Origin: Dehalococcoidia bacterium | GTDB taxonomy: Bacteria > Chloroflexota > Dehalococcoidia > UBA2979 | Assembly: GCA_965219085.1 (NCBI GenBank) | Contig: OZ244720.1 | Span: forward strand, 1,216,001-1,280,000 | Direction: 5' to 3' | Length of the DNA stretch: 64,000 nucleotides | Shown here: positions 1-11,319 of the stretch, piece by piece | Position numbering within the stretch: the first letter of the stretch is position 1 | Layout of the letters: each line of letters opens with the position of its first letter | The notes under the pieces: model-generated | Databases searched by the model: none | The model's input: the letters and a program-made list of their open reading frames with translations, nothing else | What the model was told of the DNA's origin: nothing | Made by a program: the position numbers and the translations under genes

Positions 1-1413
1 CTGCTCGGCATGGTCGGCGGGCCGGCCAAGAACCCGTTCACCATCGAGCTCAAGCCGGAACTCGCATCCTCGTGGGAGCGCACCCCGGACGGCCAGGTCT
101 TCTCGTTCCAGCTACGCGACGACGTCAAGTGGCACAACGTCGCGCCGTTGAACGGCCGCGCGCTCACGGCCGCCGACATCAAGTTCGCCTACGACCGCTA
201 CAAGGGTGACGGCGTACACCAGTCGTACTGGACCAACATCGGATCCATCGACGCGATCGACGACACCAACCTCACGATCACCATGTCGAAGGTCACGGCC
301 GACTTCATCCTGCCGCTGGCCAGCCGCTACCAGACGATCTTCCCCAGGGAACTCGTCGACGAGGGCACGATCGACCAGAAGGTGATCGGCACCGGCGCGA
401 TGATCCTCGACGAGGCCGCGCAGGGCAGCCACGCCACCTTCAACAAGAACCCCGACTACTGGGAGAGCGAGGTGCTGCTGGACGGCGTCGAGTTCCGGCT
501 CCGCCAGGACTACTCGGCCCGTCTCGCCGGCTTCCGCGTCGGGCAGTTCGACTTCTGCTACGGGCTGGTGCCTGACATTCGGGCGATGGAAGCACTGCTC
601 AAGACGAACCCGGACGTACAGGTGAACTTCAACACCAACGTGCGCGGCAGCCCGTTCGGCATGAACCTCTCGAACCCGAAGTTCGCCGACGAGCGGGTGC
701 GGCAGGCGATCACGCTCGCGCTCGACACGGACTTCATGACCGACGTGCAGTACGACGGCCTGGCGAAGTCGAACGCGCTGCACGTGTGGACGTTCGCCTT
801 CGACGAGGAGCCCACGGTCGAGAGCGGCGAGTTCGGCCCGTGGGCCGGTCGCCACGATGTGGCCGAGGCAAAGAAGCTGATCGCGGCTGCGGGCGCCGAG
901 AGCCTGGAGTTCGAGAACTTCTACCACAACTACGGATCGCCGACGACGGACCAGCGCTCCGACATCATCAAGGAGCAGCTGGCGGAGGTCGGGATCAACA
1001 TGATCCCGCGGCACGTCGACTACACCGAGTTCAACTCGACGTGGGTGCCCGGCAAGCTGAAGGAGGCGAGCAGCACGGGGTGGGCCACGGTCGGCTTCGA
1101 CGCCGACAACTACTTCTACGGCGTGATCCACTCGCAGTCGTCGGGGAACCGCTGGCGGCTCAACGACCCGCACGTGGACGCCCTGGCGGAGGCCCAGCAG
1201 GTGGAGCTCGACCCGGACGCGCGGAGGGACATCCACCGCGAGATCTGGGACTACATGATGGACAAGATGTACCACCCGCCGATGCCGACCCAGTTCAGCT
1301 TCGAGGTCTACCAGCCGTGGCTGCGCGGCATCCGCTTCGGCGGCGTCATGTACTCCAACGGCTCGTACTACGACTGGGGCCACCAGGCCGCGACTGCCTG
1401 GCTCAACAAGTAG
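1..1413 (+). CDS. ABC transporter family-5 (Opp/Dpp/Nik-type) solute-binding protein, copy 1, 5' truncated by window edge
   Basis: Homologous to copies 2-7 (ELASSWERTPDG..F.LRDDVKW, FNKNPDYW, DERVRQAI); frame open at position 1. Confidence 0.9.
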   Translation: MLGMVGGPAKNPFTIELKPELASSWERTPDGQVFSFQLRDDVKWHNVAPLNGRALTAADIKFAYDRYKGDGVHQSYWTNIGSIDAIDDTNLTITMSKVTADFILPLASRYQTIFPRELVDEGTIDQKVIGTGAMILDEAAQGSHATFNKNPDYWESEVLLDGVEFRLRQDYSARLAGFRVGQFDFCYGLVPDIRAMEALLKTNPDVQVNFNTNVRGSPFGMNLSNPKFADERVRQAITLALDTDFMTDVQYDGLAKSNALHVWTFAFDEEPTVESGEFGPWAGRHDVAEAKKLIAAAGAESLEFENFYHNYGSPTTDQRSDIIKEQLAEVGINMIPRHVDYTEFNSTWVPGKLKEASSTGWATVGFDADNYFYGVIHSQSSGNRWRLNDPHVDALAEAQQVELDPDARRDIHREIWDYMMDKMYHPPMPTQFSFEVYQPWLRGIRFGGVMYSNGSYYDWGHQAATAWLNK

Positions 1414-1456
1414 CAAGTACCCCTCGGTACAACACCCCTCGGTTTGGGGGGACTGG

Positions 1457-1480
1457 GCGGGCGGCCTTCGGGCCGCCCGC
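1457..1480 (+). terminator. GC-rich hairpin GCGGGCGGCC-TTCG-GGCCGCCCGC after SBP copy 1
   Basis: 10-bp perfect stem, UUCG loop; no U-tract, so terminator role uncertain. Confidence 0.55.
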
Positions 1481-1647
1481 TGCACGTCCGGGCGCCGCGC
1501 TCCCGCGCGGCTACATCCACCCTCGCGCTCATCCCGTGAATCCACGCACAACAGGGATTGCGTATCGTCTGTAGGGGCCATGTATGATGCCTCGCGTGGC
1601 GCGTACGTGACCTGCGGCACGAGCATGAGGGGAACTGGAGCACAACC

Positions 1648-3540
1648 ATGACTGAACCCGAGAGCACCCGAAATCTGTGGTCGCTGGAACTGAACCGGCG
1701 CACCCTCCTGCGAGGAGGTGTCCTGGGCGGGGCGGGCCTTGCCGCCGCGGCGCTCATCGGTTGTGGCGGCGACGACGATGACGACGACGACGATGGCGGC
1801 GCCACCGCCACCACCAGCGGCAGCTCCAGCACCACCACCACGACCACGAGCAGCACGACCGCCAGCTCGTCGAGCGACGACAGCTCCGACGACTCCTCGG
1901 ACGACTCGTCGACCGACGAGGGCGACGCGGAGGAGGCCGTGGGCGAGGGGATGCTGGTCCAGGATCCGGACCTGCCGTTCCCGTACCAGTTCCCGGAGCC
2001 GCCGGGCCTGACGCCGAAGGCCGGGGGGATCCTGCGAGTCGCGGCGACGTGGGACGTCGGGTCGATGGACCCGACCGTGTCCGCCGCCGGCGGCACCATC
2101 ACCGTGCCGAACATGGTCTACAACAAGCTCCTCGGTATGGTCGGGGGGCCCGCGAAGGACCCGTTCAGCATCGAGATCAAGCCGGAAATCGCCTCGGCAT
2201 GGGAGCGCACACCGGACGGGACCACCTTCTCGTTCCAGCTGCGCGACGACGTGAAGTGGCAGAACGTCGCGCCGCTGAACGGTCGGCCGCTGGTCGCCGA
2301 GGACGTCAGGTTCGCCTTCGACCTCTACTCGCAAGAGGGGGTGCACCAGTCGTACTGGACCAACATCGGGTCCATCGACGCGGTTGACGACTACAACCTC
2401 ACGATCACGATGTCGAAGGTCACGGCCGACTTCATCCTGCCGCTGGCTAGCCGCTACCAGCTGATCTTCCCGAAGGAGCTCGTCGACGAGGGCACGATCG
2501 ACCAGAAGGTGATCGGGACCGGCGCGATGATCCTCGATGAGGCCGCGCAGGGCAGCCACGCGACGTTCAACAAGAACCCCGACTACTGGGAGGGCGAGAT
2601 CTTCCTCGACGGCGTCGAGTTCCGGCTCCGCCAGGACTACGCCGCCCGCCTCGCGGGGTTCCGAGTCGGCCAGTTCGACTACTGCTACGGGCTGGTGCCG
2701 GACATCCGGGCGATGGAAGCACTGATCGGGACGAACCCGGACGTACAGGTGAACTTCAACACCAACGTACGCGGAAACCCGTTCGGCCTGAACCTCTCGA
2801 ACCCGAAGTTCGCCGACGACCGTGTGCGGCAGGCGATTAGCCTTGCCCTCGACACGGAGTTCATGGAGGACGTGCAGTACGACGGCCTGGCGAAGTCGAA
2901 CGCGCTCCAGGTGTGGACATTCGTCTTCGACGAAGAGCCCACCGTCGCGAACGGCGACTACGGGCGGTGGCACGGCCGCCACGACGTGGCAGAGGCGAAG
3001 AAGTTGGTGGCCGCCGCGGGCGCCGAAGGGCTCGAGTTCGACAACTTCTACCACAACTACGGCTCACCCGGCGGAGACCAGCGCTCCGACATCGTGAAGG
3101 AGCAGCTGGCAGCCGTCGGGATCGAGATGACCCCGCGGCACGTCGACTACACCGAGTTCAACTCGACGTGGGTGCCGGGCAAGCTGGAAGAAGCGAGCAC
3201 ATCGGCGTGGGCCACCGTGGGCTTCGACGCCGACAACTACTTCTACAGCGTGCTCCACTCGCAGTCGTCGGGGAACCGCTGGCAGCTCAACGACCCGCAG
3301 GTGGACGTGCTGGCGGAAGCTCAGCAGGTCGAGCTGGACCCGGACGCGCGGCGAGACATCCTCCGCGAGATCTGGGACTACAACATGGACAAGGCGTACC
3401 ACCCGCCGCTGCCCACCCAGTTCAGCTTCGAGGTGTACCAGCCGTGGGTGCGCGGTCTCCGCTTCGGCGGGGTCATGTACTCCAACGGCTCGTACTACGA
3501 CTGGGGCCACCAGATGGGGACGGCCTGGCTCAACAAGTAG
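1648..3540 (+). CDS. Tat-lipoprotein family-5 solute-binding protein, copy 2 (630 aa)
   Basis: LNRRTLL twin-Arg, lipobox LIGC, D/S/T linker, SBP_bac_5 motifs; GGAG RBS. Confidence 0.92.
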   Translation: MTEPESTRNLWSLELNRRTLLRGGVLGGAGLAAAALIGCGGDDDDDDDDGGATATTSGSSSTTTTTTSSTTASSSSDDSSDDSSDDSSTDEGDAEEAVGEGMLVQDPDLPFPYQFPEPPGLTPKAGGILRVAATWDVGSMDPTVSAAGGTITVPNMVYNKLLGMVGGPAKDPFSIEIKPEIASAWERTPDGTTFSFQLRDDVKWQNVAPLNGRPLVAEDVRFAFDLYSQEGVHQSYWTNIGSIDAVDDYNLTITMSKVTADFILPLASRYQLIFPKELVDEGTIDQKVIGTGAMILDEAAQGSHATFNKNPDYWEGEIFLDGVEFRLRQDYAARLAGFRVGQFDYCYGLVPDIRAMEALIGTNPDVQVNFNTNVRGNPFGLNLSNPKFADDRVRQAISLALDTEFMEDVQYDGLAKSNALQVWTFVFDEEPTVANGDYGRWHGRHDVAEAKKLVAAAGAEGLEFDNFYHNYGSPGGDQRSDIVKEQLAAVGIEMTPRHVDYTEFNSTWVPGKLEEASTSAWATVGFDADNYFYSVLHSQSSGNRWQLNDPQVDVLAEAQQVELDPDARRDILREIWDYNMDKAYHPPLPTQFSFEVYQPWVRGLRFGGVMYSNGSYYDWGHQMGTAWLNK

Positions 3541-3582
3541 CCAGTACCACTCGGGACAACACCCCTCGGTTGGGGGGACTGG

Positions 3583-3606
3583 GCGGGCGGCCTTCGGGCC
3601 GCCCGC
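3583..3606 (+). terminator. Hairpin after SBP copy 2
   Basis: Identical to 1457-1480. Confidence 0.55.
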
Positions 3607-3771
3607 TGCGCGTCCGGGGGCCGTGCTCCCGCGCGGCTACATGCACCCCGCGCTCATCCCGTGAATCCACGCACAACACAGATACGTATTGCCTGTAGGG
3701 GCCATGTATGATGCCTCGCGTGGCGCGTACGTGACTTGCGGCACGGGCAGTAGGGGAACCGGAGCACAGCC

Positions 3772-4836
3772 ATGACCGGACCCGAGAGCACCCGAAATCC
3801 GTGGTCGCTGGAGCTGAACCGGCGCACCCTCCTGCGAGGAGGTGTCCTCGGCGGGGCGGGCCTTGCCGCCGCGGCGCTCATCGGTTGTGGCGGCGACGAC
3901 GACGATGACGACGAGAGCGCGAGCACCGCTGCCGACACCAGCGGCAACAGCACCAGCACCGGCGCCACCACGGCCAGTCAGTCGTCGACCACGACGCAGA
4001 GCTCAAGCAGCAGCTCGTCAGACAGCTCTACCGCAAGCACCACGAGCGAAGACACCGAGGAGCAGGTCGAGACGCTCGGGGAGTGGATCAAGGATCCGGA
4101 CCTCCCGTACCCGTTCAACTACCCCGAACCGCCGGGCACGCCCAAGCCGGGTGGCGTCATGAAGGTCGCCACGAGTTGGGACTACCAGACCCTCGACCCG
4201 ATCGCCTCGGCCGCGGGCGGGACGGTGACCGTCCCCAACGTGGTCTACAACCGCCTGCTCGGCATCGTGCGCGGGCCGGCGGCGGACCCGTACCTGCTGG
4301 AACTCGAGCCGGAGCTGGCGCAGTCCTGGGAGCGCTCACCGGACGGGCTGACGTTCACGTTCAACATCACGCCGGGCATCACGTGGCAGAACCTGCCGCC
4401 GCTCAGCGGCCGGGCCTTCACTGCCGAAGACGCACGTTTCGCCATCGAGTTCAACTCGGCCTGGGTACCGAGCAAGCTGCCGGACGTGTCCACCGTCGCG
4501 TGGAGCACCAGCGGCTTCGACGCCGACAACTGGTTCCACGGGCAGATCCACTCGCAGTCGCCCGGTAACCGCTGGCGCATCAACGACCCGCAGCTCGACG
4601 AGTGGGCGGACCAGCAGCAGCTGGAACTGGATCCCGACGCGCGACGCGACATCTAGCAGAAGATCTACGACCGGGACCTGGACATGATGTACCGGCCGGC
4701 CTTCCCCAGCGGGAACTACCCCGAGGTGCTCCAGCCCTGGGTGCGCGGCATCCGTTGGGGCGCCAGCTCGCCGAACGACAACAGCTCCTACTACGACTGG
4801 GGCGACGTCATCCCGTCGGCCTGGCTCGACAAGTAG
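3772..4836 (+). pseudogene. SBP-5 copy 3: large in-frame internal deletion plus premature TAG
   Basis: RFAIE joined directly to FNSAW at ~4447-4449; TAG at 4654-4656, homology continues to SAWLDK* at 4836. Confidence 0.88.
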
Positions 4837-4875
4837 CGAGTCCTTCTCGGGACGCACTCCCTGGTACGGAGTCTG

Positions 4876-4901
4876 GGCGGGCGGCCTTCGGGCCGCCCGC
4901 C
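4876..4901 (+). terminator. Hairpin after SBP copy 3
   Basis: 11-bp stem, TTCG loop. Confidence 0.55.
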
Positions 4902-5069
4902 GCTCGTGAGGCGTCGTGCCGACATCGGCCGGCGCTCCGGCATGCATCCAGACGCGCCGGTATCACGTATACGAGTCCTGAGGACATCGACGTCTGCCCG
5001 CGCCAGGCCGCACGGCGATCGCGAGAGGTGTGAGATGGCCGATCACGAGCGCAGCGGACGAGGATTGGG

Positions 5070-6928
5070 ATGGAGCTGAACCGGCGCGCCCTGGTCCAGG
5101 GCGGCCTGCTCGGGGGTCTGGGCCTCGCCGGAGCTGCGCTCCTCGGCTGTACGCGCGATGACGAGACCGCTGCCGTCCCCGTGCAGGCCGACGCCACCAC
5201 TGACGCTGCACCCCGTAGCGCCACGACGGACGCGCAGCCCGAAGCAGCGGGCACGGCCGAGCCGACCCCAACCGGCCTGATGGGTCTCTCGAAGGAAGAG
5301 CTCGTGCAGGCGAAGTGCGAAGGGTGGCTTATAAGTGGTGGCGAGCTGCCCTTCCCGTTGCAGTTCCCCGAGCCAGCCGGACTGACGCCCAAGCCGGGCG
5401 GAACAATGTCGATCGCCGCCACGTTCGATGTCGCTTCCCTGGACCCGGCGTCGTCTCCAGCGGGGCGGAGCCATCACCGTTCAGAACATGGTCTACAACC
5501 GGCTGCCCGGCATGGTCGGGGGGCCACGCAAGCACCCATTCACCATCGAGCTCGAGCCTGAGCTCGCCTCCTCGTGGGAACGCACCCCGGACGGCGTGGC
5601 GTTCACGTTCAACCTCCGCGACGATGTGACGTGGCAGAACGTCGCCCCGCTCAACCGCCGTCCCTTCGTGGCCGAGGACGCGAGGTTCGCCTTCGAGCGC
5701 TACCGCTCGGAGGGCGCGCACCAGTCGCACTGGGCAAACGTCGCGGCTATCGAGGCACCGAACGACACCACGCTCAGCATCCACATGTCGAGAGTCACGG
5801 CGGACTTCGTGCTCCCGCTTGCCGGGCGCTACCAGACCACCTTCCCCCGGGAGCTCGTCGACAGCGGTGAGGTCGACACGAGGGCCGTGGGCACCGGCCT
5901 GATGATCCTGAGCGACCTCGACGCATCGAGCCGCGTCGCGTTCGCCAAGAACCCCGACTACTGGGAACGCGCCGTCCTGCTGGATAGCGTCGAGTTCAGG
6001 CTGGAGCCCGACATCGCCGCGAGGTCTGCGGCGTTTCGCGACGGTGCGGTCGACTACGCGTACTCGGTGGCGCCCACCATTCGGGCACTCGCGCCGATCC
6101 TCGATGCAAGCCCGCACGCGCAGGTCAACCTGCGCCCGGTAGTGAGCGGCGGCATGCCGCTCAGCCTGAACCTGTCCAACCTGAAGTTCACCGGCGAGCG
6201 CATACGCCGGGCGATGACGCTCGCGGTGGACACCGACCTGATGGTCGACCTCGTCTACGGCGGCCTCGCGAAGAACCTGCCACTCCACCCGTGGACACTC
6301 GCGCTCGACGACCCGGACGAAAGGCCCCGCGCAGAGTGTGGCGAGCTTGGCCCGTGGATCGGCCGCCACGACCTCGCCGAGGCGAAACAGCTACTGCGGG
6401 CAGCCGGCACCGAGGACCTCTCGTTCGGCTCGATTTACCACAACCGCGGGGACCCAACGCGGGACGGCATCACGGAGTTCGTCGCCGCACAGCTCGCCGA
6501 TGCCGGCATCACCATGCACTCGCGGCACGTCGACCAGACCCGAGTTCGAGACGACGTGGGCGTCGGGCGACCTGGCGGAGGCCAGCACGTCCGCGGCGCA
6601 CCCCGAGGGCTTCGACGCGGACCACTTCTTCTACCACCTGGTCCACTCGGAGTCCCCAAGGAACCAGTGGAGGCTCGACGATCCGCAAGTCGACGCATGG
6701 GCGGAGCAGCAACAGACGGAGCTCGATCCGGACGCCCGCCGGGGGATCCGCCGCCGGATGTTCGACTACTTCCTCGACAAGATGTTCTGGCCGCCGCTGC
6801 CCTCGGCGATCGGCTTCGAGGTCTACCAGCCCTGGGTGCGCGGGATCCGCTTCGGCGGCATCTACGGCACCAACAGCTCGTACTACGACTGGGGCGACCA
6901 GATCGCCGGAGCATGGCTCGACAAGTAG
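5070..6928 (+). pseudogene. SBP-5 copy 4 with two +1 frameshifts
   Basis: Homology runs through three frames; shifts near 5463-5466 (G run) and 6539-6541 (C run); ends GAWLDK*. Confidence 0.85.
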
Positions 6929-7137
6929 CGAGCACCCCTCCCGACGCACTCCTCATTTGGGGACTGGGCGCGCGGCCCGAAAGCCGCCCGCTCCGCGTGG
7001 GGCATCGACGCTGCGCAGCTCCCGGCCAGAAGGATCCATCCCTGCAACGAGAGCGTATAGCCAGTAGCGGGTATGTATGATGCCGGCACGCGGGGCGTGT
7101 ATCACTTCGCTCTGCGAGTCATCCGGGGGTAGTGATC

Positions 7138-9012
7138 ATGACCGACACCGAGCGCACCGAACAGTGGTGGGCGTTGGAGCTGAACCGGCGGACCTTGCTG
7201 CGAGGCGGTGTCCTCGGCGGGGTGGGCCTCGCCGCCGCGGCGCTCATCGGTTGTGGCGGCGACGACGATGACGACGACAGCGACGATAGCGCGAGCAGCA
7301 CCGGCAGCGGCGCCTCCACGAGCGGCGACGCGGCCACGGGCGCCACGTCCGGCGGGACCAGCAACGGCAGCACGACGGCGACGACAGTCGACGAGGAAGA
7401 GGAGGCGACCGGCGAGGGGATGCTGGTCCAGGATCCCGACCTCCCGTTCCCGCACCAGTTCCCGGAGCCCGCGGGCAAGACCCCGAAGGCGGGCGGGACG
7501 CTGCAGGTGGCGGCGACGTTCAGCGTCTCCACGATGGACCCCTCGAAGTCCGCCGCGGGCGGCACGATCACCGTGCCGAACATGGTCTACAACCGGTTGC
7601 TCGGTATGGTCGGCGGGCCCCGCAAGGATCCCTTCAGCATCGAGCTCGAACCGGAGCTGGCCGCCTCGTGGGAGCGCAGCCCGGACGGCACAACGTTTGC
7701 GTTCCAGCTGCGCGATGACGTGAAGTGGCAGAACGTGCCACCGCTCAGCGGCCGGCCGTTCACCGCACACGACGCGAAGTTCGCGTTCGATCGCTACGCC
7801 ACGGAAGGCGTGCACCAGTCGTACTGGGCGAACGTCGGCTCGACGGAGGCCGTGGACGACACCACGTTGAACATCAACATGGCCACGGTCACGGCGGACT
7901 TCATCCTCCCGCTGGCGAGCCGTTACCAGACGATCCACCCTCGCGAGCTGGTGGACGACGAGAGCATCAACGAGCGAGTGATCGGGACCGGTCCGATGAT
8001 CCTCACGGAGCTCGAGCCGGCCAACCGCGTGGTCTTCGAGAAGAACCCCGACTACTGGGAGCGCGACGTGCTGCTCGACGGGGCGGAGTTCACGCTGCAG
8101 CCGGACCACGCCGCACGCCTCGCGGCCTTCCGCGTGGGGCAGATCGACTACGCCTATCAGCTGGCGGGCAACATCCGGGCGATCAACGCCCTGCTCGATA
8201 CCAACCCCGACGTGCAGATCAACATGAACGTCATCGACAGCGGCGGCCTGCCGCTCGGGCTCAACCTCTCGAACCCGAAGTTCCTGGACGAGCGCATCCG
8301 GCAGGCGATGGTACTGGCGATCGACACCGACCTCATGGAGGAATTGGTCTACGACGGGCTCGCCAAGACGCTGCCGCTCCAGCCGTGGATCTTCATCTTC
8401 GACGAGGAGCCGACCGTCGAGTCCGGACTGCAAGGCCGCTGGTTCGGCCGCCACGACCCGGGCGAGGCCAGGAAGCTCCTGGAGGCGGCCGGCGCGGTGG
8501 GCCTCGAGTTCGGCTCGATCTACTACAACTACGGCCTGCAGGCGATCGACAACCTCACGGAGATCGTGGTGCAGTCCTTCGCCGCTGTCGGCATGACGAT
8601 GAACTCGCGGCACGTCGACTACACCGAGTTCAACTCGACGTGGGTGCCCGGCAAGCTCGAGGAGGCGAGCACCTCGGCGTGGCGCACCGTCGGGTTCGAC
8701 GCCGACAACTACTTCTACAACCAGGTGCACTCGGAATCGCCGGGGAACCGCTGGCAGCTCAAAGACCCGCAGATCGACCAGTGGGCAGACCAACAGCAGG
8801 TCGAGCTCGACCCGGACGCACGGCGGGAGATCCTGCGCCAGATGTGGGACCACATCGTGGAGCAGTGCTACTACCCGCCGCTGCCATCGTCGTTCTCGTT
8901 CGAGGTCTACCAGCCGTGGCTGCGCGGTCTCCGCTTCGGCGGCGTCTTCGGCACCAACAGCTCGTACTACGACTGGGGCGACCAGGTCGCGAGCGTCTGG
9001 CTCGACAAGTAG
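7138..9012 (+). CDS. Tat-lipoprotein family-5 solute-binding protein, copy 5
   Basis: Same architecture as copy 2; ATG 7138 matches paralogue N-termini. Confidence 0.92.
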   Translation: MTDTERTEQWWALELNRRTLLRGGVLGGVGLAAAALIGCGGDDDDDDSDDSASSTGSGASTSGDAATGATSGGTSNGSTTATTVDEEEEATGEGMLVQDPDLPFPHQFPEPAGKTPKAGGTLQVAATFSVSTMDPSKSAAGGTITVPNMVYNRLLGMVGGPRKDPFSIELEPELAASWERSPDGTTFAFQLRDDVKWQNVPPLSGRPFTAHDAKFAFDRYATEGVHQSYWANVGSTEAVDDTTLNINMATVTADFILPLASRYQTIHPRELVDDESINERVIGTGPMILTELEPANRVVFEKNPDYWERDVLLDGAEFTLQPDHAARLAAFRVGQIDYAYQLAGNIRAINALLDTNPDVQINMNVIDSGGLPLGLNLSNPKFLDERIRQAMVLAIDTDLMEELVYDGLAKTLPLQPWIFIFDEEPTVESGLQGRWFGRHDPGEARKLLEAAGAVGLEFGSIYYNYGLQAIDNLTEIVVQSFAAVGMTMNSRHVDYTEFNSTWVPGKLEEASTSAWRTVGFDADNYFYNQVHSESPGNRWQLKDPQIDQWADQQQVELDPDARREILRQMWDHIVEQCYYPPLPSSFSFEVYQPWLRGLRFGGVFGTNSSYYDWGDQVASVWLDK

Positions 9013-9050
9013 CGAGCACCTTCGGGCGCACTCCTCCGTACGGAGTTTCG

Positions 9051-9074
9051 GCGGGCGGCCTGTGGGCCGCCCGC
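9051..9074 (+). terminator. Hairpin after SBP copy 5
   Basis: GCGGGCGGCC-TGTG-GGCCGCCCGC. Confidence 0.55.
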
Positions 9075-9208
9075 TCCGCGTCCGGCGACGATCCGAACGA
9101 ACCCACGAGATCCACGGCGATAACGTGTGCGTATTGACTATAGGAGATGTGTATGATCGCGCTGGTGGTGCGTCACCGCGCACCTCAGGCAACCAGGAGA
9201 GCAGAGCC

Positions 9209-11110
9209 ATGACCGAACCCGAGAACACCCAACACTGGTGGTCGCCGGAGCTGAACCGGCGCACGCTGCTACGAGGCGGCCTGCTTGGCGGGGTGGGCCT
9301 CGCCGCGGCCGCACTCGTCGGCTGCGGCGGCGACGACGACGATGACGAGGAACCGGCGGCCACCACGGGCAGCTCCGGCGGCTCCGGCGGCACTGCCTCG
9401 GTGACCGTCAAGACCACTTCCGACAGCGCCTCGGACGACTCCTCTGACGACTCCGCAGCGGCGGATGGTGACAACGGGGATGACGGTAGCGGCGGCGAGG
9501 TAGCAACCGGCGTAGGCATGCTGGTCCGTGACCCGGACCTACCCTACCCGTACCAGTTCCCGGAGCCGGCGGGACTGACGCCCAAGGCCGGCGGGATCAT
9601 GAAGATCGCCGCGACGTGGAACGTCGCGACGATGGATCCATCGAAGTCCGCAGCAGGCGGCACGATCACCGTCCCGAACATGTCCTACAACCGCCTGCTC
9701 GGGATGGTCGGCGGGGTGCACAAGGACCCCTTCACGATCGAGCTCGAGCCGGAGTTGGCGTCGACGTGGGAGCGCACGCCGGACGGGGCGGTCTTCACGT
9801 TCAACCTGCGCGAAGACATCAAGTGGCAGAACGTGCCGCCGCTCAACGGCCGCAAGTTCACCGCCGACGACGTGAAGTACGCCTACGACCGCTACGCCAC
9901 GGAGGGCGTCCACCAGTCGTATTGGGCGAACATCAGCTCACGCGAGGCCGCCGACGAGCACACATTCAAGGCGACGATGGGGACGGTCACCGCCGACTTC
10001 ATCCTGCCGCTCGCGAGCCGCTACCAGACGATCTTCCCCAGGGAACTGGTGGATGATGGCAGTATCGACGAGAAGGTCGTCGGCACCGGCCCGATGATCC
10101 TCGAGGAGGCGGAGGCCGGCAGCCATGCCACCTTCCGCAAGAACCCGGACTACTTCGAGCGCGAGGTGCTGCTGGACGGCGTCGAGTTCCGGCTTCGCCA
10201 GGACTACGCGGCGCGGCTGGCCGGGTTCCGCGTGGGACAGTTCGACTACGTGTACGGTCTGGCCCCGAGCCTGCGGGCCCTGGGCGCCATACTGGAGACC
10301 AACCCGGACACGCAGATCAACCTGATGCCCGTGGTGAACAGCACGAGCCCATTCGGGATGAACCTCTCGAACCCGAAGTTTGCCGACGACCGCATCCGGC
10401 AGGCGATCACGCTCGCGATCAATGAGGATCTGCTGGCGGAGCTACTCTACGACAACCTGTCGAAGACGCTGCCGCTGCAACCGTGGACGTTCGTCTTCGA
10501 CGAGGAGCCGACGGTCGAGTCGGGTTTGCTTGGTCGCTTCGCCGGCCGGCACGATCCGGAGGAGGCCAGGAAACTGCTGAAGGCCGCCGGCGCGGAAGAC
10601 CTCGTGCTCGATAGCCTCTACCACAACTACTCGTCGCCAGTGAACGACCAGCGCACCGAGATCATCACCGAGAACCTCCAGCAGGTCGGCGTCACCATGA
10701 ACTCGCGGCACGTGGACTACACGGAGTTCAACTCGACGTGGGTGCCCGGGAAGCTGGAGGAGGCCTGCACGAGCTGCTGGCTGACCGTCGGCTTCGACGG
10801 GGACAACTTCTTCTACAACGCGGTCCACTCCAAGTCACCCGGCAATCGCTGGCGGCTCAACGACCCGCAGATCGACGCCTGGGCGGAGCAGCAGCAGGTC
10901 GAGATCGACCCGGAGGCGCGACGGGAGATCCACCGCACCATGTGGGACTACCTCATGGAGAAGATGTACCACCCGCCGTTGCCCTCGGCGTTCCCCATCG
11001 AGACGTACCAGCCGTGGCTACGCGGGATCCGCTTCGGGGGCGTCATGCTCACGAACGTCTCGTACTACGACTGGGGCGACCAGATCGCCGAAGCCTGGCT
11101 CGACAAGTAG
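9209..11110 (+). CDS. Tat-lipoprotein family-5 solute-binding protein, copy 6
   Basis: AGGAG RBS, MTEPENTQHWWSPELNRRTLL; start corrected from ORF track. Confidence 0.92.
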   Translation: MTEPENTQHWWSPELNRRTLLRGGLLGGVGLAAAALVGCGGDDDDDEEPAATTGSSGGSGGTASVTVKTTSDSASDDSSDDSAAADGDNGDDGSGGEVATGVGMLVRDPDLPYPYQFPEPAGLTPKAGGIMKIAATWNVATMDPSKSAAGGTITVPNMSYNRLLGMVGGVHKDPFTIELEPELASTWERTPDGAVFTFNLREDIKWQNVPPLNGRKFTADDVKYAYDRYATEGVHQSYWANISSREAADEHTFKATMGTVTADFILPLASRYQTIFPRELVDDGSIDEKVVGTGPMILEEAEAGSHATFRKNPDYFEREVLLDGVEFRLRQDYAARLAGFRVGQFDYVYGLAPSLRALGAILETNPDTQINLMPVVNSTSPFGMNLSNPKFADDRIRQAITLAINEDLLAELLYDNLSKTLPLQPWTFVFDEEPTVESGLLGRFAGRHDPEEARKLLKAAGAEDLVLDSLYHNYSSPVNDQRTEIITENLQQVGVTMNSRHVDYTEFNSTWVPGKLEEACTSCWLTVGFDGDNFFYNAVHSKSPGNRWRLNDPQIDAWAEQQQVEIDPEARREIHRTMWDYLMEKMYHPPLPSAFPIETYQPWLRGIRFGGVMLTNVSYYDWGDQIAEAWLDK

Positions 11111-11150
11111 CGGGCACGCCTCGCTACGCACTCCGTGGTGCGGAGTTTCG

Positions 11151-11174
11151 GCGGGCGGCCTGCGGGCCGCCCGC
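11151..11174 (+). terminator. Hairpin after SBP copy 6
   Basis: GCGGGCGGCC-TGCG-GGCCGCCCGC. Confidence 0.55.
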
Positions 11175-11319
11175 CCTGCGTCCGGGCGACGGATCCGAAC
11201 GAATCCACGAGATCCACGACGGTAACGTATGCGTATTGACTATAGGAACTATAGGAGATGTGTATGATCGCGCTGGTGGTGCGTCACCGCGCACCTCAGG
11301 CAACCAGGAGAGAAGAGCC

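Noticed and set aside
4654-4656. In-frame TAG as pyrrolysine or readthrough
   Set aside because: Gene already carries a large deletion; simple TGG-to-TAG change; no pyl genes
112-9519. Very long antisense ORFs (e.g. 112-3054, 7102-9519) and similar shadows elsewhere
   Set aside because: Expected shadows of high-GC3 genes; no recognisable motifs
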